Positions 51,501-64,000 of a DNA stretch of 64,000 nt are shown piece after piece; position 1 is the stretch's first letter, and every line of letters starts with the position of its first letter. The stretch covers positions 122,326,001 through 122,390,000 of the forward strand of contig OZ024745.1 in assembly GCA_964016885.1 (NCBI GenBank), written 5' to 3'. Both the position numbers and the translations under genes were made by a program. The notes under the pieces are model-generated. The model did not search any database and was not told where the DNA came from. It saw only the letters and a program-made list of their open reading frames with translations. Source of the DNA: Eledone cirrhosa (lineage: Eukaryota).

Positions 51501-51821
51501 TCGGATATCTCTATGAATTTGATTAAAAGGTGTCTTCAGTGGATATAGAAGAATATCCAGTTATTCAGCATGGCTGGTAATTGTGGCATTACCATTGGAG
51601 ATAGTATTCATTTTAAATTTAATGAATAGTCTCGCACGCCAATGCGTGTGGTTGGTTGCGATGTATGTATGTATTCTCGCACCCCAGTTATTTCTCTAAT
51701 GGCCTCCATTGCCACCACCACCAGTTTTACTTACATTTTCTATTCCACTTCACTCCTTCATATTTGATAAAGCTTCCTTCTGATCTAGTAACAAGTGGTA
51801 ACATAACACTTACAAATATGG

Positions 51822-51863
<42 letters not shown>

Positions 51864-52194
51864 ATATCCCTACATTGCCATAGGCAGACCCTGTATTTTA
51901 CAGCTATCAGTTGTCTATTAGAAAATGTTGATGTAGAGAGAAGATCTTATCTTCATCATTCATGCTATTCTGCTTCTTACATCCTGTATTCAGTTCTTCC
52001 ATATTTCAATCATTGCTTGTCATGTTTTACTGTTGTTTTACTGTCTGAGTAAACCACTTTATATCCATTCATATTGACTTACTTTTTCCTTTCATGTAGC
52101 CCTTCTCTCTTACTGACTGTCTCTATCAATGCACACACTATGTAAAAAGATTAATATATTTACTGGAAACATGCTTAGTCCTCCTCCTCTTCTA

Positions 52195-52665
52195 TACATC
52201 CGGTATCGGTGACATGACGAAGTTCCTCCTCCAGCTCACTCTGTCTAGCATTGTCGACTGAATTCCCCCTGCTTTCACTCTTCAAGAACATCCTTCAGTG
52301 TGGCGTCTTGTCTCCCAACTCGTCTGCATGCATCAGGTTTCCAGAAAAGAACTCTGCCAGCAGGTTCATTGTGATGTTTCACATGTCTTCTGGCTAATGC
52401 GGGCTGTAGAGTGTTTTATTCACGATGTGTGTTCTCCAGGGTATGCTCTGGACTTTTCTTAGCATCCACATGAACCTGCCATAAATCCTCATTGAGAGTA
52501 TTTTTGTTAGTCCATGACTCACATCTGAAGAAGAGAATGGACTCTGTCGTTGCTCTTAGTCAGAGATGCCCACACCTTTGATAGGGAGTTGAGAGGCCTC
52601 CCTCCCTGTAATGGTGTCCACATCATGCTCTGTGTTCATAAAGCTGCCGAGGTACAAGATGTTTT
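52195..52665 (-). mobile_element. RTE/RTEX-like LINE 3' fragment
   Basis: YLGSF, ATTESILFFRCESW, LARRHV..RVLFWKP..RRVGRQ pattern. Confidence 0.55.
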
Positions 52666-54371
52666 ACTGTAGACTACTTTTATTATTCATGACCTAAATA
52701 TTAAGGGCAGTGGAGTGGCAGTATCGGTAGAGCGTCAGATAACGTTTGCAGCATAGAGTTATGACCCTTTATGGTCTGAGTTCAGATCCCGCTGAGGTTA
52801 GCTTTGCCTTTCATCCTTACGAGGTCAATAAAATAAAGTACCAGTAACACACTGGGATCAATTTAATTGACCCCCCACCCCCAAGTTGTTGCCTTGTACC
52901 AAATCAGAAACCATTAATTATGACTTAATTATCAGCTTCACATCATCAACTGCTCTTTGCAATGTGTTTAGTAGTTCCATGTTAGCTTTAGGTGAAGTCC
53001 TATGGCTAATTGTATGGAGCACAAAAAGAACCAGTTAGTTTAAAACTTGTTAGTTCAGTTCGTTAAGTCATTAGTGTAATTGGCCAATAATATGGAGTTA
53101 TAACTCCAATATTATATCAAGGCTAAATAGGTTTTAACCCTTTCATTACCATATTTCTAATGAAAGAAGACACTTTCAATGATTTTCAAAATAATCAGGA
53201 ATTTGAAGGAGGTTTAGTAAAATAATTAACTTTCTCACTATTAAGTTGGTATTGGGAGCATAACTTAACTTAAACCTTCTTACATAAAATTCTGTTGAAA
53301 GGGTTTAGATACATATAAACATTTAGCTTTTAGTTTACTCTATATTTATTATTGTATTTTCACGGTAAAGGCTTTACTCACATTATCTCACGTAAATCAA
53401 ATCTATGAGATTTTAATATTATTTATTTTGAGAACAATACCTTAACACGAGTATGCTAGGAACGACAATTGTCTATCTGACTTCACAGTATTCCAGACCT
53501 CATTCACTTACCAAGTGAGGTGGAACTCATCAGATTTGACCAAGGAAACAATGTTTCCATTGGTCTTTCCAATTGCTGATACTCTCTCACAGAAGGAGCA
53601 ATATAAAATAGAGCATCTTGCTCAGGGAGACAATGCATTGCTTGGTCTAGGAATCAACCTCACAAATGTGAGTCAAATTCCTTCACTTATGTGCAAAGAG
53701 GCATTGAAGCGTAACTCTTCATGGTTGCTTGACCAAGTGGAAATAGCAGTGAAATCTCTTTCAAATAACATGCAGCTTCCTTTAAAAAAAATTACATATT
53801 ACATTTTATAATCTTAGTTACAAGGAAGCTAAGGGAGGAAGAAGTCGGGACCTGTTCAGTTGATTTTTGTCAAAACAACATTCATATGCAAATTTTCAAA
53901 TTTGTAGAACTAGTTACCCTACCTTAACATAGTATTTGTAAAAGAATTAGGTTAAAAAGAAACGGGATGTGGCTTCAGTAGTTTTTATGCACCCCAATGT
54001 CAACCCTGGTTGAACACATACATTGAGTACTATATAGAATAAAGCACATTTATTTTATTTTATTTTTAATCACTCCCACCTAAAGATGGCAGGGTGTGAT
54101 TTGAAAGATATTTTACTGCTATTTTTAGTGGATTAAGTGTGACTTGAAGGATATTTAACTGCTATTTGCAGTGGGTTGGGTGACTGATCGATAAAGTTAA
54201 TGAAACTTTGGGTGTCTGATAAGTTTATATGGCACAAGATATTTTAAAGAATGAGGGGCTACACATTTGAAAAAGTAAAGAGGAGTGAAATTTGTGACGA
54301 AAGACAATCATGCCTTTTTCGAGAGTATTAGAGATTGAAAACAGCTTGTGGACTTGACCAAATGTAGCTTA

Positions 54372-55273
54372 TCTATATATATAAAACTGAGGATGTCTGT
54401 CTGTGTGTGAGTTTTAATCCCTAAAACTTGAGAACCACCCAACCGACTCTTTTCAAACTTTACACATATAATACTTGTTTCAGGGAGTCTTCTGAGCCCC
54501 AAAAATATCAAATTTTCAATGCCCTAGGGACCGCATTAGGCGATTTTAGCGATCTCTCTATAATTCTTAGTCTTTCTTTTTTTAGATAGATACATACATA
54601 TACCGTCGAGTCCTTATAATATCTGTCTGTATGTCTGACTGTCTGCATTACGTCACTTCCCTGAGGATGTCTGTTGTGTGTGTGTGAGTTTGAATCCCTA
54701 AAACTCGAAGTACCCAACTGACTTTTTTCAAACTTTACATGTGTATTACTTATGTTTCAGGGAGTGTTATGCACATAAAATTCAACTTTTTGATTCCCTA
54801 GGACCCACATTAGTTGAAAAACTGCGGTTTTTTTTCAGGTTTTTAGGGTTTTTTTGAGTCGTTACGTCAGACTGATTTCCTTGAAATTGTAACTATGTAT
54901 TAGTCAGTCTCTTCTTCATACCATGAGCAAAGAAAATCCAACTTTTTTATGGTCTAGGGCCTGCATTGGGTGAAAAACTTCATTTTTTTCCAGCTTTTTT
55001 GAGGCGTTACATCTAGCCGATTTTCCCGAAATTTCAAGGCATATTATGCACATAAAAAAAATTCATTTTCTTGATCCCCTAGGGCCCGCATTAGGTGAAA
55101 ACCTGCATTTTTCCTTTTTCATCGAGGAAAATCTTAAAGATTATCCAGCCATCAGAGTATTCGGTTTATTTTCTTTACATATTGTCCACTCATGCAGTTT
55201 TTCCACGATTAGGTCTGTTGGCAGCCTGCGTTCCAAAATACCTTATCCCGTGCAACGCGGGTACCACTGCTAG
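54372..55273 (+). mobile_element. Complete non-autonomous Helitron with internal diverged repeats
   Basis: A|TCTATATATATAAAA start, 3' hairpin cccgtgcaacgcggg (55247-55261), CTAG|T end, no TSD. Confidence 0.85.
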
Positions 55274-55902
55274 TATCTTATATTATGCTACTTGAGAATG
55301 AAGGAAGTATTTTAGTTGTATTAGCAAGTTTCAATAGCAATTTTATTTTTACTACGCACTATAATTTTATATAAATGACAACTTTCCATGTTAGCATGGG
55401 TTGGGTGAGTTTCAGAACTTCCTCATACATTCTATTTTTAACAGCTGGATGCTGTTTTTAATATAGAAACTATGTTAAAATGTAATGTACAATTGAAATG
55501 AGGTTCTCCAACCTGTCCAGTCTTAAACTGTAACAGCCTGTCTAGCTTGTGCTTGCATGGATAGCAGATGTAAAATTATAATGACGATATATAAAAATAG
55601 TAGTGTGTATATTTTTAATTATATTATATTATGTATTTCTGTATAATGTATTGCATTGTATATATATCCAGTTTAGAACAGGTACACTGTATCTCCATGT
55701 GTTGTAAGAAGCAACTAAAAGGGTTGGTATCGGGAATGGCATCCATAAAACATTGCTTCAAAAAGGAGTACATAACGTGTACACAAACTGTCATTGGCTT
55801 TACAAGGTCAACACCTGCTTTAGAAGGGAAAATGTTGTTGTTTGTACTTCTGTGTGTAATATGTGAAAGTAAGGAAATTAATTGTAATTTTTAATGTGGT
55901 TG

Positions 55903-56340
55903 TGTAGGTTTACGACAAAAAACACCCAGTCCACACTGTAAAGTGGTCGTGTAGGTTTACGACAAAAAACACCCAGTCCACACTGTAAAGTGGTCGTGTA
56001 GGTGTCACGACAAAAAGCACCCAGTCCACACTATAAAGTGGTCGTGTAAGTTTACGACAAAAAGCACCCAGTCTACACTGTAAAGTGGTCATGTAGGTGA
56101 CACAACAAAAAGCACCCAGTCTACACTGTAAGGTGGTTTTGTAGGTGACATAACAAAAAGCACCCAGTCTACACTGTAAGGTAGTCATGTAGGTGACATA
56201 ACAAAAAGCACCCAGTCCACACTGTAAGGTGGTCGTGTAGGTGACACAATAAAAAGCATCCAGTCTACACTGTAAAGTGGTTTTGTAGGCGTCACGACAA
56301 AAAGCACCCAGTCTACACTGTAAGGTGGGTGTGCACCCAG
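55903..56340 (+). repeat. ~9 x 47-48-bp tandem repeat inside an RTE-tailed SINE
   Basis: Unit gtaggtgtcacgacaaaaagcacccagtc(c/t)acactgtaaagtggtcgt, continuing into the SINE body. Confidence 0.92.
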
Positions 56341-57436
56341 TACTCACTGTAAATGAGGTTGGCGTTAGGAAGGGCATTCAGCCATAGAAACCAAACCAAA
56401 ATAAGTTCTCTGATAGAATCACGGTCCCCCAACCTGATTCCTCACAAAGGGATAGCCTGACCTACCCTTGCTAGCATGGAAAATGGACATTAAATGCTGA
56501 TGATGACTCTCTGTATGATCACCATCATTATAATTATTACCATCTTCACCATTGCTAATGCCACTACCATCCCTACCATTACTATCACCACTACCACCAC
56601 TATCACTACTATCACCACTACCATTACTACTACCACCACCACTACTACCACTATCATCACTATCACCACTGTTTTAATACAGTGGTATGAGTTTGCAATA
56701 CATCAAATCACTCATCTCAGTCACATATAATCTTGTTTGTCAATTCGCAACTTCTTGAATTTACATATCTTTTTCAGTCTTTTGTGGCTACAAATACTTT
56801 CCATTTGTACCACCACCACCACCACCACCATCACCATCATCATCATCATCATCAATGTTAAATATCCATTTTCATCACTAGCATGGATTGAACTTATTCA
56901 CTTAACTCTCATTAGCAATTGTCTTGACATGTTCAAAGTAGTTCAGTTATTTCTTTGGCAAATATTTACTGATACCTTTAACCTGTTGACTCCCCGTGTA
57001 TATTTTACACAGCTACAGTTGTGCCAGTTTTTTTTTTTGTTTCAGTAAAATGACTATTTTTTTAAACAAACGTTTATTAACAATACATATCTGAATGATT
57101 GACAAACGTCATCATCATCGTTTAACGTCTATCTTCTATGCTAGCATGGGTTTAGACGTCACATCAATAAACTAGTAACGCCATCTAGTTTTGAAGTTAT
57201 GAACTGTTGGAAAAGAGTTCAAACATGTTAGGATGAATTATGTCGTCCATGGCACTGGACGAATTATCTCATCTTCGGCACTGAAGAGGTTAAATGCCCA
57301 TCTGCTCATTCAGCCTACTTGAAGTTGATATTGCATATCTGATGAATCATGGCTGACTCAGTTCTCTTCAGCCATTCCAGGTCTTTTTCATTCAATGTCC
57401 CTGTCTCCACTACTTATTTTACTTTAGTTTTGTGTT

Positions 57437-57467
<31 letters not shown>

Positions 57468-57992
57468 GATAGTCTGTCTGAATTACTGGGATTGGGAAGA
57501 CCAAAACTCAAAGGGGTACTCAATGCATGGTAAGATGTAGAGTAGGTATATTAACTCATGGTAGTTCCTCTTCTTCCACTAATATATATATATACAGTGG
57601 AATCTCGGTTCATGAATGCCTCTCATCAAGAATAAATCGGTTCATGAACAATTTTTCCAAACATTGGTCCTTTTTAACCCTCGTTTAACTAAGGTGAATA
57701 TGCTTTGTTAGTGAGATCTAATATGATTACAACATGTATGTTGTATCCACTAGTTGTCTTTCAAGGCAATATCCATTCTTAGTTGTATTATTTGTATTTT
57801 CCCAAACTTTCAATTGATTGTTGGTATTGTAATTATCTCCCTTTCTTATTGTTTTTAGAGGGAGTTTTTATCTATGAATAATTACATGAATAATCTCAGT
57901 TAATGGAAGTTTTTCAGCTTGCTATATTACATATGTAAAATCTTCTTGTAAATTGAATTAATGTTTTTTTTGGTTTTTTTTTCTTACTTCAG

Positions 57993-58021
57993 GGAGGAAC
58001 TCTCTCACACAACTGGCCTGA
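57993..58021 (+). CDS. Candidate 29-nt micro-exon (GGTLSHNWP..)
   Basis: Strong T-rich tract + ttcag acceptor and gtaagt donor 29 nt apart. Phase 0 entry is compatible with the exon ending at 43142. Confidence 0.55.
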
Positions 58022-58951
58022 GTAAGTATACAAGCCAATTCTGTTCTTTTATTTATTTATTATTGTTATTATTTTAACCCTTTAGTATTTAAACTGGCTG
58101 TATCCAGCCAGAATTCCCTCACTTTCTGTTCAAACTGGCCATAACTGGCAGCTCCTATTGATGTTAAGGTATTGTTTTCAAAATAAATAATATCAAAATC
58201 TCATAGCTTCGATATTATGTGAAATATTTATTTTACCATGTAAAATATAATAGCAAATATAGAATAATGTTAATGCTAAAGGGTTAATAACCATTTCTAA
58301 TATTAGCAGAGGGTTAGTCAATATTTAATGAAAGATAATGTTGACCTTGCTGGTATTTGAACTCAGAACCTAATGCACCTAAAAGATACCACAAAGCACT
58401 TGTCCAATGTCATAACAACCCTCCAATCCACTACACTATTTTAAGATGAGAGCAGTGAGCATTAAAAAACAAACAAACAAGAACTGCTTTATTTTTTAAA
58501 TGTATTGCATATTTAACAATTTAGCATTTACATTAGTTTATATTTACTATTGTATTTTCATGGTAAAGGCTTTATCTCACATAATTATCTCACATAATAT
58601 CGAATCTATGAGATTTTGATGTTATTTATCTTGAGAACAATACCTTAACATCAGTATGAGTGGTTGGTTACAGCCAGTTTGAACAGAAAGAGGTGATAGA
58701 ATTCTGGCCGGATATGGCTGGTTTAAATGCTAAAGGGTTAAAGAAAACTAGCATGTACTTTCTGGGAGGGGGATTATAATTGGTGTAAATACAAATAAGA
58801 ATTTTGCCTTTTAATGATATTTTTAACAGCTGTTTGATCCTTCTAAGAAAAAGTTGTTGTCACAACAAAATGTATTCAGTACACACCATGAAATGGTTGA
58901 CATTTAATCCAGTAACAATATAGAGAGGGCTCTTCACTTAGGTCAACGACA

Positions 58952-59250
58952 TGACAACTTCTAGTTTTAGTATTACAGTAAAATACTCTGTTTACTCTGT
59001 AAAGTGGTTAGTGATAGGAATGGCAAGCAGATATAGATATGTCAACTCTGACAACTTCTAGTGTTAGTATTACAGTAAAATACACCCTGTATACTCTGTA
59101 AAGTGGTTAGTGATAGGAATGGCAAGCAGATATAGACATGTCAACTCTGACAACTTCTAGTGTTAGTATTACAGTAAAATACACCCTGTATACTCTGTAA
59201 AGTCGTTAGTGACAGGAATGGCAAGCAGATATAGATATGACAACTCTCTA
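58952..59250 (+). repeat. 3 x ~98-bp tandem repeat derived from the RTE-tailed SINE
   Basis: gacaacttctagt..agtattacagtaaaatac..ctctgtaaagtggttagtgataggaatggcaagcagatatag is repeated three times. Confidence 0.88.
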
Positions 59251-60069
59251 GTGCTGGGGTCATTATAAAGTGCACCCACAACACTGTAAATTAGTTGCCT
59301 TTAGGAAGGACATTCATTTGTAGAAACTTTAAGTACTGATTTTATCTGTAAAGATCTGTCCAACTCATGTCAGCATGATGATGATGGTGGTGGTGGTGGT
59401 GGTGCAGTCAATTCTTTTAAAAAATTATGACTCATGGCCAGGCTTTAGTCATGAGGCAAAAACATATGAAAAGAAACAATCGCATGAATATGTGATTGGA
59501 ATGTAAATGGAATTAAGTTATATAACGAAGTTGACTTTTAAAATTAAATCTGTTGGAAATACAGTATGAATTGAATGAAATATAGTTAAATAGAGACTAG
59601 ACAAGGGAGTTTGACAAAGACTTGATTTTAAGATCATCTGCTTGTTTCAGTTCTTTTATTCTGTTCTGTTGCTTGTAAGTGCATCATTTACACTCTATAT
59701 ATATACTTATCGTATATGCCAGCATGCAAGTCGACATTTGGAGCCTTAAAATATCTCTCCAAAACCAGAGGTTGACTTGTCTGCTTAATATAAAATGGGA
59801 ACCTTTACCATTGAGGGGTAAACAGTGAAACTGCCTGCCTAACACTCGTTGTACACCACTTACCATAACTCTAGCAGCCCACCACAACTATTTCCTACTG
59901 AATCTCATATTTGTTAAGTCTATTTAACGTAGAGATTATAATATCAATGACTTGCTATAGTTCATAGGGTAGGTTACCATAGGTTGATTTGGTTAGACTA
60001 GGCTGGTTTACTCAGTGAGTTAGAACTCACTTGTAACTGACGTTTTTTAGGAGAAGTGTCTTAGCCTTT

Positions 60070-60206
60070 AGCGCGCTACCAAATTTTTGGAATTATTTCC
60101 GGTGCAACTGCCTTATTTTTAGGGGGTTGTCTTCTCCAGCAAATATAGGCCTAAACCTGAATTACACCTCAGAATTTTAGGGATCGACTTGTACTTCGGC
60201 ATATAT

Positions 60207-60210
<4 letters not shown>
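60070..60210. mobile_element. Tc1/pogo-like transposon end abutting (TA)n; another end fragment at about 57593-57655
   Basis: ..gatcgacttgtacttcggcatatatgg|TA and TA|cagtggaatctcggttc resemble Tc2/Tigger-type TIRs. Confidence 0.45.
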
Positions 60211-60248
<38 letters not shown>

Positions 60249-62022
60249 GAAAAAAGGAAAAGAATGACTTCACTTGTAGTGTTAAAAAATTTATGATTTA
60301 ATGTAATAATATAATATTATAATATTATGAGTTTGTAGATCCAGTAAGTTCTTTAACTTCGGTGGGAAGAATTTTAGAAATTCCTGGTTAACTTGGGTTG
60401 GAGAACTTTCTCGCATTCATCTGTCTGTGGTGATTGTCGCCACTGATCAGTGGCTGGAAAAAGTACTATAAGAATAGTTTTTAAAGTACTATAAGAATAG
60501 TTTTTACATGATAGGCCATAAGATGTTTAAGACTGTCTGTCCATGGGAACTTCTTTATGTGGATGAGCTGGTTCTTATAGGTGAATTTGTGGAATAACTA
60601 GAGAGTAAGATCTGTTTACAATCAAAAGCGCAGAGAGTAAACTTTGCAAAAACTGAAATGTTAGTAAGTAGGGAAAAAAAACAGGACCCTGATCCCATCA
60701 GGGAAGTGGTTGTGTTTGATATGCAGAAAAGGAGTTGGCAGGAACTCCATATGATGTACAAAATACAAATCTTTGGTACACAAGAGACAGACCAACTGGA
60801 AAGAAAGACTTTGTATGTAATAGATGCATAGGGGTAATCGATAGTAAGTGTCAGTGTTATAAACATTTTCTTATCACATAAAGGATCTATAAAAGTGGTT
60901 AATTGGTTCTGTTACCCAGATGATTTAATTAGCTATGGAGGAGAGTGCTCTGAGAGCATAGTAGTTAGAATAAGGTTAGAATAGAAGGAGGTTAGAGAGC
61001 TACACTTGGTTTAAGAAGAATCAGAAGTTGTGTGTAAAAGAGAAGACTGCTTTAGTATGAACATGTGATACACATGGGTGATAATTGTTGTATGAAGAAA
61101 TGCCAGGAAATCCCAGTAGAATGAAGCTGCAGTAGAGGAAGACCAAAGAAGACCTGGGTGGAGGTGATGAAAGATGATTTCAAATTGCTAAAACTCACAG
61201 AGATGACAAAGGAACGCAATGAGTGGAGAGATGCTGTGCTGAAAAGGAGCCGTCTAACCCATGCTAGCGTGGAAAAGCAGATGTAAAAAAGACGGCAATG
61301 ATGATATATAGGAACGATCAACTTTCGTCAAATCGGACCGAGGAAACAATGTTTCCATTGGTCTTTCCAATTGCTAATACTATCTATCGGTCGCAACTCC
61401 AGGTAGAAGGAACAACGTGAAATAAAGTGTCTTCCCCAAGGACATAACACATCCCCCGGTCCGGGAATCGAACTCACAACCTCACGATTGCGAATCCAAT
61501 TCTCTAACCACTCAGCCACACGCCTTCACTGATGATATATATTAACCTTTAAATCATTCATTTTTTTTTTTTTGTATCCCGATACCATAGCAATGAAAAA
61601 TATAACTGGTTCAGTCAGAATTTCTGTTGTACTGACACAGAGAAGCTTTTCCTTTTGTTTTTGTTTATTAAGAGAGACATGTGAGTAGGTTTACAATAAA
61701 ATAGATGAGAAACTGTAGGAGTGGTTTAGGATATGTTGTCAGGCAGGAACAGGTAGCTTGTGTATGGTTTTGTACTTTACTTGTAAGGTCATTGAGACCC
61801 TGCCTTTCTATCTCTTGGTTTTTGCCAATAATAATGGTTGTATTGATTATGTTTTGCTGGTAGTGGGAAATTGATATCTTTGTAGACTTCTTTTACTGAC
61901 AACTGCTGCTGTTGTCTCTTATTATTATATAAAGAAATCATTATTATTATTATTAACAGTGTTTCTCGTTAAAGGATAGGTCTGCTGTTACACATGTTAC
62001 CTCATAAACTTTAATTTAATAT

Positions 62023-62112
62023 TATTGGGTCGTCAAGTATGAAATTTGTAGAAAAAATACGTATGACCATATGCCTTACTACAAATTTCAAACTTGACAA
62101 CCGACCTAATAT
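62023..62112. mobile_element. Tiny mariner-like MITE/hairpin
   Basis: tattgggtcgtcaagtatgaaatttgtag ... ctacaaatttcaaacttgacaaccgacctaata, with TA ends. Confidence 0.6.
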
Positions 62113-62662
62113 AAGGATTTTATTTTAAAATAAATTTACAATTCAACAACGTTTGAATATTTAAAATAACAAAGCAACACAAAAGGAAGAGAGAGAAATT
62201 AAACAACTAAAATGACAATGTGGGGAGGGAGCATCAGACTCTACACCCCAGTCAAGCTGGCTGGGAGAGGATACATAGATGTTAGTGTTTGTTTGTTATT
62301 AAGGACATTTTATATATCATAATTATGATTCTGTTGCCTGTTTTTATTGTCCTTTCTTTATAATTTGTCTTTCCAGTTCATGTTTCTTGCCTTTTGGAGG
62401 ATTTCAATTCATGTTCGTTCATTGTTTAACAAAATTTAGAAATTTTAAATTAACCCCTTCAGAGTCTCTCTGCTGCTTCTATGTCAGCAGTATAAAGTAA
62501 GCAGCAAGACATCTGTTGTGATGACTGTGTTTAGTCAATAGTTTGATAGGGTAGTTTTCTATTGTACACAAATAAAAGAAAGGACTTCTTTGTTGTAATA
62601 AATATACTTGTAGGTTATTTAGACCTCTGTGTCTATCTCTTTGTTTTGCCATTAATGTAGGG

Positions 62663-63017
62663 CAGAGGTTTTCAAGCATTTTGCCCCCCCCCCCCCCCCC
62701 CACCACGTAAACCGCCCACCCCCACCCTATTTCCAGTGAGACCTGTCTACACGCAAATTGTAAATAATATATAAGAAATAAAATCATTAATTTATATATA
62801 ATAAATAATATAATATATGCTATGTATAAATAAATATATATTTTTTATTTTACAATATTTATATATACTATGTCTAATTTGATATTTAATATACTATTAT
62901 ATCATCTCTACCGCTCCCTCACCTCCCCTTAGACCCCAGCGCCCCCTGGACCTGCTCCCCCCCTCCCCCAGAGGGGAGGGGTAAGGGGAGGGGTAGCACC
63001 CACTTTGAGAACCTCTG
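62663..63017. mobile_element. hAT-like MITE with exact 8-bp TSD
   Basis: TIRs cagaggttttcaa / ttgagaacctctg. atgtaggg is duplicated at 62655-62662 and 63018-63025. Confidence 0.88.
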
Positions 63018-64000
63018 ATGTAGGGTCTTTCAAGTGGAGAACATTTGTTTTTCTTGAGGATATAAGCTTTACTCCTTATATTATTGAGGCGTTGCATTGG
63101 CAGTATCGGTAAAAGGTCAGACACCATGCTATGCAGCATAGTTATGTCCCTTTACGGTCTGAGTTCAAATCCCGCCGAGGTTAACTTTGCCTTTCATCCT
63201 TACAGGGTCGATACAATAAAGTACCAGTAATGCACTGGGGTAATTGCTGGCCTTGTGCCAAAAGTAGAAACAATTATTGAGAGCAAAAAGAGGAGACAAA
63301 TGGGAAGTAAAGATTGAGAGATACATTAGAAAGATGTACTCTATTTTAGTGTGTTTATAGTAGATAATGACCTGTAAAGGAGGGGGTCTTATTCAACCAC
63401 ATGGTGTTTCTCTTTGTTTAAATTATTAATAACTAGTATCATATTACTCATGCTGACAACAAGAATACTTTGTAATATTTTACTGTAGCTTGAGTCTTCA
63501 TTAACCCTTTAGCATTTAAACTAGCTGTATCTTGTCAGACTTCTCTGACCTCTTTCTGTTCAAACCTGCTGTAACTGTCCACTCATATTAATATTAAGGT
63601 ATTGTTCTCAAAATAAATATCATCAAAATCTCATAGATTCGATATTATGTGAGATAAAGCCTTTACCATGAAAATATAATAGTAAATATTGAGTAAAGTA
63701 AATGCTAAAGGGTTAATTAATACTTAATGTAAATTGTAATTGTAATTGACATTGATAGTGTGAAAAAAATTAAAATCTTTAAATGATGTATTATGGCATT
63801 GGATTGGATTGTGACTGTTGATACATGAGGAAATTTAGTCACAAAGACTGTCTGTAATGTGCCTGGAAGCTTGATGTTTAACTCTTTAGCATTTACATTA
63901 CTCTATATATACTATTGTATTTTTGTGGTAAATTATCTCACATATTATTGAATCTATGAGATTTTGATATTATCTATTGTGAGAACAATACCTTAATGTC

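Noticed and set aside
55910-56377. 155-aa Cys-rich repeat ORF
   Set aside because: It is the antisense reading of a SINE-derived tandem repeat.

Overview
This is AT-rich, repeat-dense eukaryotic DNA, most likely from a coleoid cephalopod such as Octopus (inferred from the SINE/RTE/MITE families and microsatellite load, not from a search). Nearly all ORF-track entries are spurious or retroelement debris. One host gene is visible on the + strand as five short exons (29158-29290, 34028-34101, 41918-41978, 43081-43142, probably 57993-58021). They splice in frame into an atypical C1 zinc finger plus linker, resembling Lbc-family RhoGEFs (ARHGEF2/18/28/AKAP13). The rest is non-coding and contains Tx1/L1, RTE, R4/Dong and CRE-like LINE fragments, a piggyBac transposase remnant, about 16 copies of a TTAA MITE, Helitrons, hAT and Tc1/mariner MITEs, tRNA-derived SINEs and SINE-derived minisatellites. 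The most striking unexplained signal is a cluster of hammerhead ribozyme (HHR) motifs between 6 and 24 kb, in several unrelated small non-coding elements. Two are ~430 and ~510 bp partial tandem repeats with target-site duplications, each holding a type I HHR (retrozyme or Penelope-pLTR-like). One is a 302-bp-arm palindrome with an HHR-like core in each arm. Further decayed HHR-like motifs are also present. All structures were paired by eye, and none has been shown to be active.
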